A stretch of 64,000 nt of DNA from a virus: positions 32,001-96,000 of IMG/VR virus record IMGVR_UViG_3300045988_084534; one strand, written 5' to 3'. The notes beneath the pieces are model-generated. The model saw only the letters and a program-made list of their open reading frames with translations, was not told the DNA's origin and did not search any database. Positions 55,431-63,939 of the stretch are shown in pieces. Each line of letters begins with the position of its first letter. Positions within the stretch are counted from its first letter, which is position 1. The position numbers and the translations under genes were made by a program.

Positions 55431-55490
55431 TACTTTTAAGCACACCTTTGGCAAAGTTCAATGAATTTTTTAATTGACCCCAATTCGTTA

Positions 55491-56464
55491 AGGACAATTT
55501 TATACGGCTTCTGCATTGGATTCTTTTCTTTCTTTAGCTTTAGGCGCGTATCTCTAATCTGCCTATACAAATCAGGGTCTTTAACATTACGACTGAGCAA
55601 TCCATACTCAATCATAATGGATGGGTATAGAGATGCCACGTCAGCACATAGAATCTTGCCTTTGTATTGGAAATTATCGATGCACCCATGTATGCCGCCC
55701 CAACCAATGACATGTGGAATACCGGCTATTGTGGTATATAACGATTTATCTACTCTATGATTCTTTGGGTCTTGAAACCATTCTAGCACATATCTATATT
55801 TATCCAGAATCAATGTATCAGGATAAATAATGTCAAATTCATCATCGTGCTTTTGCTTGACTGCACCTAGAATTTTAGCGACAAGCTGCGCCTTTGTTCT
55901 ATTGAAATCCTCAAGCGGTAAATTGAACGCCTCAATCAATGATGCTTGGCTATCAAATTCCTCATGCTTTGCGTCGAACACCTCAATGGTCTGCTCAACA
56001 TCATGGGTACAGTAATATATTGTCTGCTCAAGTTCATCTCTAGTCAACGGATGGTCAATAGTAAAATCAATATCAGACTCTTTGATTTGCTGACCCATAA
56101 AACCCTCAAATTGCTTAAGGCTATGGAATTTATCACTAATGTCAAAATTAAGCAAAGGATATTGCTCTTTTTGTTCCTTGGTTAAAATTTGATGCTCTTT
56201 CAATCCTTTGTTAATTAGAGCATCGTTCACTTCATATGCGTTTTTGCCACACAATAGTGATTTAAGCAACGGCGCATCATAATTTCTTGAATTATAGCCA
56301 ACCCATATATAGCCTAGCTTATTACATTTTTCATATACTTGCCGCAATCGGTCTACATCATTATGTATGATACATTTACGCTTTGAGGTGTAGTCGATTA
56401 GCACAACTAACCAATCGTATCTAAACACCTCAAAGTCATAGAACATTAGTTTATAGTTCATCAC
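55491..56464 (-). CDS. family B DNA polymerase, exon 1
   Basis: Exo motifs 'FYDFEVF', 'GYNSRNYDAPLL' and 'YCTHDVEQT'. Pol motif A 'LCADVASLYPSIM'. Ends '...PYKIV(L)' within motif B. Confidence 0.8.
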
Positions 56465-56479
56465 TTCATCAACTCAAAT

Positions 56480-56832
56480 CTACTCTTTTTCAAATTCTGG
56501 ACAAATCTCTCGCAGATGTTTGGAGCAATAATAATAGTAATTGTATAATGAGCCACTAAATGGATACACTCCTACTTTTGCAAAATTCTTATGTTCTTCA
56601 TCGTTCGCTAATCGAGCCATTCTGCAATATTTGTAATCCTTGCACCATGCTCCAACCGTGCAATTTTCTACTTTTGCGTTGATTTCGTCGGTCAATTTTT
56701 TAATATCATCGTTGAGTTGATTGATTGTATCGTTATATGCGTCGGATAGCAACTTATATTCGTTTCTTTCTTCGTTGCTTTTTTAAGCGCCAACTCAAGC
56801 TCTGAGATTTTACGCTTACCAAAAATATCCAT
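56480..56832 (-). CDS. hypothetical protein, reading frame broken at an A6 run
   Basis: The ATG at 56832 has a strong AGGAGG RBS and reads 18 codons to CTT-AAA-AAA. The long ORF (56480-56752) is in the -1 frame and lacks its own RBS. One extra A, or a -1 slip, fuses them. Confidence 0.45.
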
Positions 56833-56836
56833 CTTT

Positions 56837-57386
56837 TTATTCCTCCTCATATTTCTTTTTTAATCTATCAAGTTCCGCTAATTCTTTCTGTTTTAACGCT
56901 TCTGCCTTCTTCGCGGCTTCTCTTTCTCTTTGTGGTGCAGCAAGCATCCAATTAAATTCTTTCTGTGCGTTTTTGGCTGTTTCGCGCATCTCAAGGTACT
57001 GATATAACAAATCTTGGGCAATTTTTTCTGCCTTCTTACGATCAAATCTGTCCTGATTTACCGTTACTTTAATCCAGTCCCACCAACCACCACAATCAAT
57101 GTAGTTTGACTGGACATCCCCAGAATATACAGAATATCTATCAGGCTCATTCAGCATGTTCCACGAGCCATTGTTATACCTGAATGTGACTTTATGGCTA
57201 TATGGAGGATGAACGTCCGATACGTCATCTTTTCCGTCAAGACAATTTACATACAAAACATATGGTGCATAGTATTTATCTTTTTTTTAAGATACACCAT
57301 TTTTCTGCCTCATCCTTATTCGTGAAATAACCTAAAATATCCCAATCACTATAATATCCTTGAACTACCAAATAAATTTTGGACAT
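56837..57386 (-). CDS. hypothetical protein, reading frame broken at an A8 run
   Basis: The ATG at 57386 (AAGGAGGAA RBS) reads 'MSKIYLVVQGYYSDWDILGYFTNKDEAEKWCILKK' into an A8 run (57281-57288). The long ORF (56837-57256) continues in the +1 frame. One fewer A fuses them. Confidence 0.45.
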
Positions 57387-57399
57387 ATTTTATTCCTCC

Positions 57400-58062
57400 T
57401 TATTCATGCTTCATCGGGCATACACACCCATCACCATTTTCAGCCGTTACATAAATCGGGCTGATACTATTTGTCGCATATGCCTTACAATCAGGCAGAC
57501 ATTCCATAGCATTAAGTAGATACTGAGGATTGACCCAAAGATTCAATTCCTCATTAAGTAGATAATCAGCTACCTTCTCAAGATTATTCTTTTCTTTGAT
57601 TTTATGCGTTTTGATGAACACTTTGAGTTCACCAATATCAGGCAGTTTGATTTCTTTAGAACCGTCCATAGGTTTAACAATCTGCTCAAATTGCATTTCC
57701 TGTCCATGATATTTTTCATCAATCTCAGGCAGGAGTGTCTTTTCATTGAATCTAACCGCTACAAAAGAATCACATACACAATACAACGTCGAGCCATCTA
57801 TTGTTTGATTGGTGAACATACCTTCAATAACAGGTATCTTGAGCGATTTAGCATTTTTAATGATACGATTAGCCGCAGTTATAATTGACTTAGTTCCAGA
57901 TTTCTTTGACTGTTCAATGAGCATATCCGCTTCAAGTTGTTTCAGTGTGATATTCATATCCTTGGCAATTAGATACAACCCGGCAGTATCGCAAGAAACG
58001 CACCATGATTTAATAGTATTGTATAGCTTTTTAGTGGTCATAATAACAACCGCCCCTTTCAT
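57400..58062 (-). CDS. hypothetical protein
   Basis: 220 aa, downstream of the promoter at 58074-58102. An alternative ATG lies at 58041. Confidence 0.5.
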   Translation of the reverse strand: MKGAVVIMTTKKLYNTIKSWCVSCDTAGLYLIAKDMNITLKQLEADMLIEQSKKSGTKSIITAANRIIKNAKSLKIPVIEGMFTNQTIDGSTLYCVCDSFVAVRFNEKTLLPEIDEKYHGQEMQFEQIVKPMDGSKEIKLPDIGELKVFIKTHKIKEKNNLEKVADYLLNEELNLWVNPQYLLNAMECLPDCKAYATNSISPIYVTAENGDGCVCPMKHE

Positions 58063-58073
58063 TTGATACTTGG

Positions 58074-58102
58074 ATTATATCATAGATTGGAGCGGTTGTC
58101 AA
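58074..58102 (-). promoter_or_regulatory. consensus sigmaA-type promoter
   Basis: Minus strand: TTGACA-17 nt-(TGa)TATAAT. Confidence 0.65.
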
Positions 58103-58112
58103 TAGGGTTTAT

Positions 58113-58316
58113 TTAATTTTTTTCTATTGATTCACCAACAATTTCAAATAAATGCGGGAACTCAGGAAGCAATATAATATTTCGTCCGAGTAGAGTAAGA
58201 CGCAAAACCTTCATCCACGCTTCGGCATCTTTACTCCTTATACCGTCTTTGAATCTAACAATATATGTGCCACCATCTTGTAGAGATTTAACGGTTCTAA
58301 TTTCTTCATTATTCAT
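58113..58316 (-). CDS. hypothetical protein
   Basis: The ATG at 58316 overlaps the upstream stop (ATGA). 67 aa. Confidence 0.5.
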   Translation of the reverse strand: MNNEEIRTVKSLQDGGTYIVRFKDGIRSKDAEAWMKVLRLTLLGRNIILLPEFPHLFEIVGESIEKN

Positions 58317-59713
58317 ATGAATACCTTCTGATTTTGCTGAGTACATATTACTCTACTTGATTTACCTTGTTTAATTAGCTCATCTTGTAGAGTATTGGCA
58401 AACTCTACTTTACTTGAAAATTCACTATGTACTAAGCATAGTTTATCATAATCTATATTCTGGTAATATTGCATTAGTTGGTTATAATTAGCATGAGATG
58501 AAAATGTATTTAAACAATATATCTGAGCATTGTTCTGAATCATCTCACCATCAAGCATGATTTCTTTTGCACCATGCTTAATTTCATATGCAAGCGTATT
58601 AGGACTAGCATATCCAGAGAATAGCACAGCATTGCGGCTATTAGGCAAGATATATTTGAGATGCGCCAAAGCCCGTCCAGCGTTCAGCATGCCGCTACTA
58701 GCCACTATAATGGCTCGTTCATTTGATTGCTGAATAGCTTGACTTTCTTCCCACGATTCAATTAGCCGTAGATTCAACTTATCTTCATAATCTAGTTGCT
58801 CTGACCATGCCCTATAGATACGACAAGCAAGCGGCGAATCAAGATAAACAGGAATCATCTGTCCATCAATCTTGTGCTCTGTAGATCGGGTGCGCCATAG
58901 AACATCAAGAATATCCTCTACACGTTGTAGACTAAAAGCTGGCATCAGTATACGATTATATTGGCATATAGCGGCATTGATAATCTGTTCATCATACCAT
59001 CGGTCTTTCTTCATGCTATAGCATCTAGTCTGGTCACTATATGTGCATTCTCCAACCACAACATTACATCTTGGCAATGACTCGATTGGTGGTACAGATA
59101 CGCTCTTGGCTTCTGTATTGAAATCACCAGTAAAACCAATTCGCTTGATGCTGTAGCCCTGTTTAATTTCCAACACAGCTTGAGCCGAATGGATGATATG
59201 TCCAGCATGATAATATGTCAGCTTTGCACCGCCTACAATGGTCGTAGGAACTCCAAACGGTACTTCAACAATCCATTGCATTACTTTATCAATATCAGTC
59301 TCAGTAGCCAATGACGGCGCTTTGATTCCATGCTTATTCTGCATCTTTAAGCTATCCTGCGCCATGATTTTAATGCAATCATCCATCATTATCTTGAGAA
59401 TAGGAATTGAGCCTTGAGGGATATAAATATATGCTTGCATACCCATAGCAACAGCGGCAAGCAACCCAAGACAATGGTCAGCGTGTAGATGGGATATGAT
59501 AACGCCATGCACCGTCTTTGGCTTGATTTTCTTCATTTGGTCACGATTGGCGCGATAATCAGCTACTAGATTATTGGTCTGGATTAGACCCATATCAACA
59601 GCTAATTTGATATTATCGAATCGAACAATCGTGCATGAGCCAGTTACAGATGCAGAATTACCGCCAATAAAATGCAGATATGGCTTGGATGTACCAGATG
59701 ATTTAGCTGACAT
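58313..59713 (-). CDS. metallo-beta-lactamase / beta-CASP family nuclease
   Basis: 'VIISHLHADHCLG' is the HxHxDH motif. 'GDFNT' and the C-terminal 'FSSHAN' are beta-CASP motifs. The ATG at 59713 lies 8 nt after GAGGAG. Confidence 0.7.
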   Translation of the reverse strand: MSAKSSGTSKPYLHFIGGNSASVTGSCTIVRFDNIKLAVDMGLIQTNNLVADYRANRDQMKKIKPKTVHGVIISHLHADHCLGLLAAVAMGMQAYIYIPQGSIPILKIMMDDCIKIMAQDSLKMQNKHGIKAPSLATETDIDKVMQWIVEVPFGVPTTIVGGAKLTYYHAGHIIHSAQAVLEIKQGYSIKRIGFTGDFNTEAKSVSVPPIESLPRCNVVVGECTYSDQTRCYSMKKDRWYDEQIINAAICQYNRILMPAFSLQRVEDILDVLWRTRSTEHKIDGQMIPVYLDSPLACRIYRAWSEQLDYEDKLNLRLIESWEESQAIQQSNERAIIVASSGMLNAGRALAHLKYILPNSRNAVLFSGYASPNTLAYEIKHGAKEIMLDGEMIQNNAQIYCLNTFSSHANYNQLMQYYQNIDYDKLCLVHSEFSSKVEFANTLQDELIKQGKSSRVICTQQNQKVFI

Positions 59714-60023
59714 TAGCCGACTCCTCATCCTTTTTACCAGTAGGCATATACGCCCATGCTACTACGTCATCCCAATCGCCGCGATTATCTAAGTATGTTC
59801 CACTATATTCAGTATGTCTATCTATCATACAAATATCTTGCCATACATCACCGCTTTTACCCAATACTAGAATCTTTCTATTGTTATCTGGCAATTCACA
59901 GTTAAACATATAAAGAGGATATTCATATTCGGCTAAACCCCATTCGGCAAATTCTTCAATTTCTTCCTCAGTAGGTGGTCTAGTCACAACCTCATGCCAT
60001 ACAATTTTTTCAATCCATTCCAT
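59703..60023 (-). CDS. DUF551-like protein
   Basis: The ATG at 60023 overlaps the upstream stop (TAATG). Reads 'MEWIEKIVWHEVVTRPP...VVAWAYMP'. Confidence 0.5.
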   Translation of the reverse strand: MEWIEKIVWHEVVTRPPTEEEIEEFAEWGLAEYEYPLYMFNCELPDNNRKILVLGKSGDVWQDICMIDRHTEYSGTYLDNRGDWDDVVAWAYMPTGKKDEESANVS

Positions 60024-60220
60024 TAAGCTGACTTGCCCTCCTTCCTCATCTTTAGTACATTTCTCAGTACACAATCCATACAATTCAAATCAGCATCATT
60101 CCACATCTTATCTCTCTGTGCTGTCATGCGCGGATCGATTTTTACATATTTATCACAATCAGATTGATAATCACAACGGTTACAAGGAATTTCATACAAT
60201 TTTTGAGGTCTACGGCTCAT
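60023..60220 (-). CDS. hypothetical Cys-containing protein
   Basis: 65-aa ORF. Confidence 0.45.
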   Translation of the reverse strand: MSRRPQKLYEIPCNRCDYQSDCDKYVKIDPRMTAQRDKMWNDADLNCMDCVLRNVLKMRKEGKSA

Positions 60221-60492
60221 TCATATTCCTCCTCATATTCAGGCTCAGAATCAACTTGGAATCCAATAGCTTGCGTCATTTGTGAACTGGGTTTAATTGT
60301 TTCAGCGGCAGCTTGTGCCTCTCTCTGGTCAAGCTCTAGGTCAATCTGCATACGACCAATCTTAGCATTGATGGCTGACTGCACCAAATCAATAATTGAG
60401 TTACACAGAGGCAACAGATAACTTACAAACAGCACTGCGCCTCCTGCAATCCATAGTGGCGTTAGGTCGTTCTTTTTATTTATATGAAACAA
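60217..60492 (-). CDS. small membrane protein
   Basis: 91 aa. TM helix 'LWIAGGAVLFVSYLLPL'. The start codon is uncertain. Confidence 0.45.
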   Translation of the reverse strand: MFHINKKNDLTPLWIAGGAVLFVSYLLPLCNSIIDLVQSAINAKIGRMQIDLELDQREAQAAAETIKPSSQMTQAIGFQVDSEPEYEEEYE

Positions 60493-60564
60493 CCTCCTCT
60501 ATCATTGTTGTCTAAAAATATAAGAATTAGGAATAACACAAGTGTGACAAAAAGTTTAATAGAA

Positions 60565-60780
60565 TCATTCATTTTCTCTCATTTTCACTCTGACATCTGC
60601 TTCAGCCACCTTTGCTTTAATTAGTTCTTTAATTGCTTTAGCAGATGTGATGTTGGCAATTTGCTTATCAATGGAATAAATACAGGCGTTCCATCCAGCC
60701 ATTAGCCCCTTATCAAACCATTCTTTGAATTTTGCATCAAGATTCTCTTTCAGAAAATCATGCAGTTCTTCATTAGACAT
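60565..60780 (-). CDS. hypothetical protein
   Basis: The ATG at 60780 overlaps the upstream stop (ATGTCTAA). 71 aa. Confidence 0.5.
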   Translation of the reverse strand: MSNEELHDFLKENLDAKFKEWFDKGLMAGWNACIYSIDKQIANITSAKAIKELIKAKVAEADVRVKMRENE

Positions 60781-61069
60781 AATAATCTCCTGTATAAATA
60801 TCGCAATTTGGACAGTATGTTTCTGTGACTGTTTCATAATATGGCGGCTCATCTACCTCGCCATGATATTCTTTATGAGTATATGTTTCCAGTTTACAAC
60901 CACAAGTTGTGCATCGCCCCATATCATCAAGAGCAATTTGAGAATGAACAGCAAGCGGCAGGCATTTTAGTGACGCTAAATATAACAGACAATCAGCCGC
61001 AATATCCTCATCAACGCCATTGTAATGCTCTACAACGGCCTCTACAACCTCATCGTGCATATCTGTCAT
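60773..61069 (-). CDS. zinc-ribbon protein
   Basis: 98 aa, with 'CTTCGC...CPNCD'. Confidence 0.5.
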   Translation of the reverse strand: MTDMHDEVVEAVVEHYNGVDEDIAADCLLYLASLKCLPLAVHSQIALDDMGRCTTCGCKLETYTHKEYHGEVDEPPYYETVTETYCPNCDIYTGDYYV

Positions 61070-61617
61070 TACGATACTAGCTCCAGCTTTTCAAGACGCA
61101 CAACGAATTCAATATCCGTTTTTTCATGTCTTACAAGAGCGACCCGTACATTCTTATTGATAGTTCTATCAAGGTGATCTCCTACATACAGTACCTCATA
61201 TCTCCACAATTTATCTGGAAGGACACCAGAAAAAGCAGTAGACATAGTTCTCATAATGTCATAAGTGGTAACCTCAGCAGTGTCAAAGAAATCACAGAGC
61301 TTATTTGGGTTATAAAAATCAGTAAATACGAATTTAACCTTATCTCCAACCTTAATTTCTCTTGGCTTCTTTGCTTCAGCCATTCTTTCCTTCAGCTCAT
61401 CAATGCCGACCTGTAGCCGCCAATCATCGTCAGGATGACAACGAGCCTCAACCTTTTTACCATCCTTACTCGTCATCGTCATGCGATTGCCCTCAATATG
61501 TAGATCATAATCGCCTTCTAGCCACTTAGGTGCTAGATTCTTTTCATAGAATTTATGTTCAAAATTCATCTTGTCTTTATTTTCCTTTATTGCTTTCTCA
61601 ATTTCTTCCTCAAACAT
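61069..61617 (-). CDS. hypothetical protein
   Basis: 182-aa ORF. Confidence 0.5.
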   Translation of the reverse strand: MFEEEIEKAIKENKDKMNFEHKFYEKNLAPKWLEGDYDLHIEGNRMTMTSKDGKKVEARCHPDDDWRLQVGIDELKERMAEAKKPREIKVGDKVKFVFTDFYNPNKLCDFFDTAEVTTYDIMRTMSTAFSGVLPDKLWRYEVLYVGDHLDRTINKNVRVALVRHEKTDIEFVVRLEKLELVS

Positions 61618-61751
61618 ATAAAATACGCTTGAGTTATCGTCCTACTTGCAAAGCCACAGATGGACATATGAGAAATATACCCATGTTTTTGCTGGCTTCC
61701 CATTATGAATAAATTGTGTACCCGTTTTAATCATTTTTGCATCCTCCTCAA

Positions 61752-62588
61752 TTAAAAATTAACAACGCTCATTGCATTTACTGCTCTCTGTTCAGTTCTC
61801 TTAACGTACCTAGATGTGATCTGGATTCCAGAATGTCCCATTGCCTTACTAATGACCTCAATAGGCACATCAGCTTCAGACATCATAGTAGCAAATGTAC
61901 GGCGCATCGTATGATTACTAACATGTAATTCCTCCCAATTCTCAATACCAGCTTTTCTAGCACATACCTTGAGCATTGCACTGGTATTCTTACCATCCAT
62001 TTTATTGCCACGATTACCAACGAACAAATATTCACAGCCATCCTTGCGCTCATTGGTAATATAGCTATCAATCAGCTTAATCGTTTCATCAGCCAGACCA
62101 ACTAGTCTATCTTTATCGCCCTTACCACGGATGACCAGTACATTATTACTACGGCTTTCATACTGTTCAAGCGTGATATTAGCAAGCTCATGGATACGCA
62201 AGCCGGTCTGAGCAAGCATCATGATAATCGCCTTATTGCGCTCATTGGTCGCAGCATATATCATCGACCTTACCTGTTCACCATTAAGAGCCGACTGTTC
62301 ACGATTCTTAATCTGCGGCGCTTCAAGCATCTCAGCCGGATTGCGACTAATGAACTCGTTCCTATAAAGGAATTTGAAATATTCACGAACCGCAGATGTT
62401 CTCTGAGCAACAGATGCAGAGCTAAGATTGCTCATGCTGGACTGCCACAATTCAAGGTCAATCGGCTTGATTTCGGCTTCAGGCTTATTGACATAATCCA
62501 AGCAATTCTCAATCGCCTTGGTGTATTCATGAATAGTACCTTCACTACGGTGCTTTGCTCTCAAACTCATAACAAACAGTTCATTCAT
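61752..62588 (-). CDS. tyrosine recombinase (XerC/D-phage integrase family)
   Basis: The ATG at 62588 lies 7 nt after GAAGGAG. The ORF-track start lies upstream of the predicted TSS. Catalytic residues are in 'TGLRIHELANI', 'HTMRRTFAT' and 'GHSGIQITSRYV'. Confidence 0.8.
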   Translation of the reverse strand: MNELFVMSLRAKHRSEGTIHEYTKAIENCLDYVNKPEAEIKPIDLELWQSSMSNLSSASVAQRTSAVREYFKFLYRNEFISRNPAEMLEAPQIKNREQSALNGEQVRSMIYAATNERNKAIIMMLAQTGLRIHELANITLEQYESRSNNVLVIRGKGDKDRLVGLADETIKLIDSYITNERKDGCEYLFVGNRGNKMDGKNTSAMLKVCARKAGIENWEELHVSNHTMRRTFATMMSEADVPIEVISKAMGHSGIQITSRYVKRTEQRAVNAMSVVNF

Positions 62589-62617
62589 ATCATTCAGCTC
62601 CTTCAGTTGATGGTTTA

Positions 62618-62646
62618 AGTATAACACCATAGTGAAGATTTGTCAA
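62618..62646 (-). promoter_or_regulatory. sigmaA-type promoter of the recombinase gene
   Basis: Minus strand: TTGACA-17 nt-(TGt)TATACT. Confidence 0.6.
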
Positions 62647-62658
62647 GAGTTATTTTTT

Positions 62659-62889
62659 TTATTTTGGGAATGCCTCACATACTCTTACGCCGTCAGCATA
62701 TAAATACCACTTGCCACTCTCCGCATCTTGCTTGAAATCGTAATGCGTAGTAATTTTCATTGCTATGTCAATGTCATGCTGTGTAATTGTAATTGGTTTA
62801 ATTTCATGACTAAAGCAATTATGTGATTCAGCAACTAACTTGTCGCCATTGTAAAATTTAACAATGCCTGTTTCTGCTACATATCGCAT
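62659..62889 (-). CDS. hypothetical protein
   Basis: 76-aa ORF. Confidence 0.5.
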   Translation of the reverse strand: MRYVAETGIVKFYNGDKLVAESHNCFSHEIKPITITQHDIDIAMKITTHYDFKQDAESGKWYLYADGVRVCEAFPK

Positions 62890-62960
62890 TTCACCACCTC
62901 ATTTCTTTTAGAAAAATCCCTACAATCTTTCGACCATAGGGATTTTAACAGGAGGATTAT

Positions 62961-63236
62961 TTACTCATTGATTTCTGCCTTTAGTGTGCTTGTCGGCTTA
63001 AATGTCAGAGCATACTTGGCAGGAACTTCAATGGTTTCACCAGTCTGTGGATTACGAGCCGTTCTTGCATCACGCAGCTTGGTTGTGAACTTGCCAAAGC
63101 CATGAATCACAACATCCTCATGCTGGACTAGGCTATGCTTGATATAGTCAATGAACGTGTCTACGATCTCAGTTGTGTCCTTAATCGTATTTTCTGTGCT
63201 ATCTGCCACAAACTTGACGATTTCTTTCTTGGTCAT
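62961..63236 (-). CDS. HU/IHF-family DNA-binding protein
   Basis: 91 aa, with 'HGFGKFTTKLRDARTARNPQTGETIEVPAKYALTFKP'. Confidence 0.9.
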   Translation of the reverse strand: MTKKEIVKFVADSTENTIKDTTEIVDTFIDYIKHSLVQHEDVVIHGFGKFTTKLRDARTARNPQTGETIEVPAKYALTFKPTSTLKAEINE

Positions 63237-63358
63237 AAATTCCTTTTAGTTTCCTTTCAGTTTCTAATAAAATTTTATTAAAACAAGTCGCAATGTTCAT
63301 GCGCATATTGACTTGATAATGGTACTGGTTATTATCTATGTACACTCAATTTCATATA

Positions 63359-63610
63359 TCACTTAATACGTTTAGGACGCTTCCTATTAAGAAACACTTT
63401 TCTTCGATTAGACAACCACTTAATCTGTTCTTTAGTCAGTTCCTCACTTAAATCTACAAAACAAACTTTAGGATAAACACTATTCATCCAATTAGAAAGT
63501 TCATAAAGGTCTTTGAATGTTCTAGCAAACTTACCTTTAAATTTCCTATTGAAATGGTCAACTGTACCAATTCTAACACAAGTTACTTTAATCATCTTAA
63601 TCTCCTCCAA
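63359..63610 (-). CDS. small basic protein
   Basis: 83 aa. GGAGGAG RBS and the C-terminal 'RRKVFLNRKRPKRIK'. Confidence 0.5.
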   Translation of the reverse strand: MEEIKMIKVTCVRIGTVDHFNRKFKGKFARTFKDLYELSNWMNSVYPKVCFVDLSEELTKEQIKWLSNRRKVFLNRKRPKRIK

Positions 63611-63855
63611 TAAGTCATTTCATCTACACAGTAAGCAGAGGTGTTTACTCTTACTCCTTCGCACATCCTAACAATTTGTGCCCCTCGTAATCTAATGATT
63701 ACACTTTCTCAACCCTCGATTACTCTGACTTACCCAACACCCTCTTATCATTAAGCAAGTTTACATCGTAGTTGTTGGGTGCCTGAATGACTAGGCATTA
63801 CATAAGACTCATATTGGGCGTGCTTACTACACTTGATATTGAAATCTAGCCCCTC

Positions 63856-63939
63856 TGGTGCGGGATAGGGAACTCGAATCCCTACGCCTTGCGGCAACAG
63901 ATTTTAAGTCTATCGTGGCTGCCATTACACCAATCCCGC
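63856..63939 (-). tRNA. tRNA-Leu (anticodon UAA), type II with long variable arm, CCA encoded
   Basis: Hand-folded. Acceptor GCGGGAT/ATCCCGC. Anticodon arm ATAGA-CTTAAAA-TCTGT (anticodon TAA). Variable arm GCCGCAAGGC. T arm AGGGA-TTCGAGT-TCCCT. Discriminator A plus CCA. Confidence 0.8.

Larger units (their letters stand above)
54712..55490 (-). mobile_element. group I intron (td-like core) in polB carrying an HNH endonuclease ORF
   Basis: 779 nt. 5' exon ..GUCCU, intron UAACGAAUUGGGG...GUAUUAAGG, 3' exon AAAUUCG. P1 is UCCU/GGGG. P10 is CGAAUU/AAUUCG. 'taacggggaacaccctcc...caatcccgtgctaag' closely resembles my recollection of the T4 td intron P3-P6 region. P7 strands are 'gtaacgactatccc' and 'gatatagtct'. 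Confidence 0.8.

Noticed and set aside
61642-61644. Genome-wide TAG stop-codon reassignment, as in some gut phages, suggested by the in-frame TAG upstream of 61617.
   Set aside because: TAG clearly terminates other well-supported genes in this window (361-930, endonuclease 16746-18056). No suppressor tRNA is visible. The only tRNA seen is Leu(UAA).
63780-63800. tRNA-like anticodon arm with an 8-nt loop (minus strand UGCCU-AGUCAUUC-AGGCA), which could indicate a frameshift-suppressor tRNA.
   Set aside because: The flanking sequence cannot be folded into acceptor, D and T arms, and there is no GTTCRANYC-like T loop.
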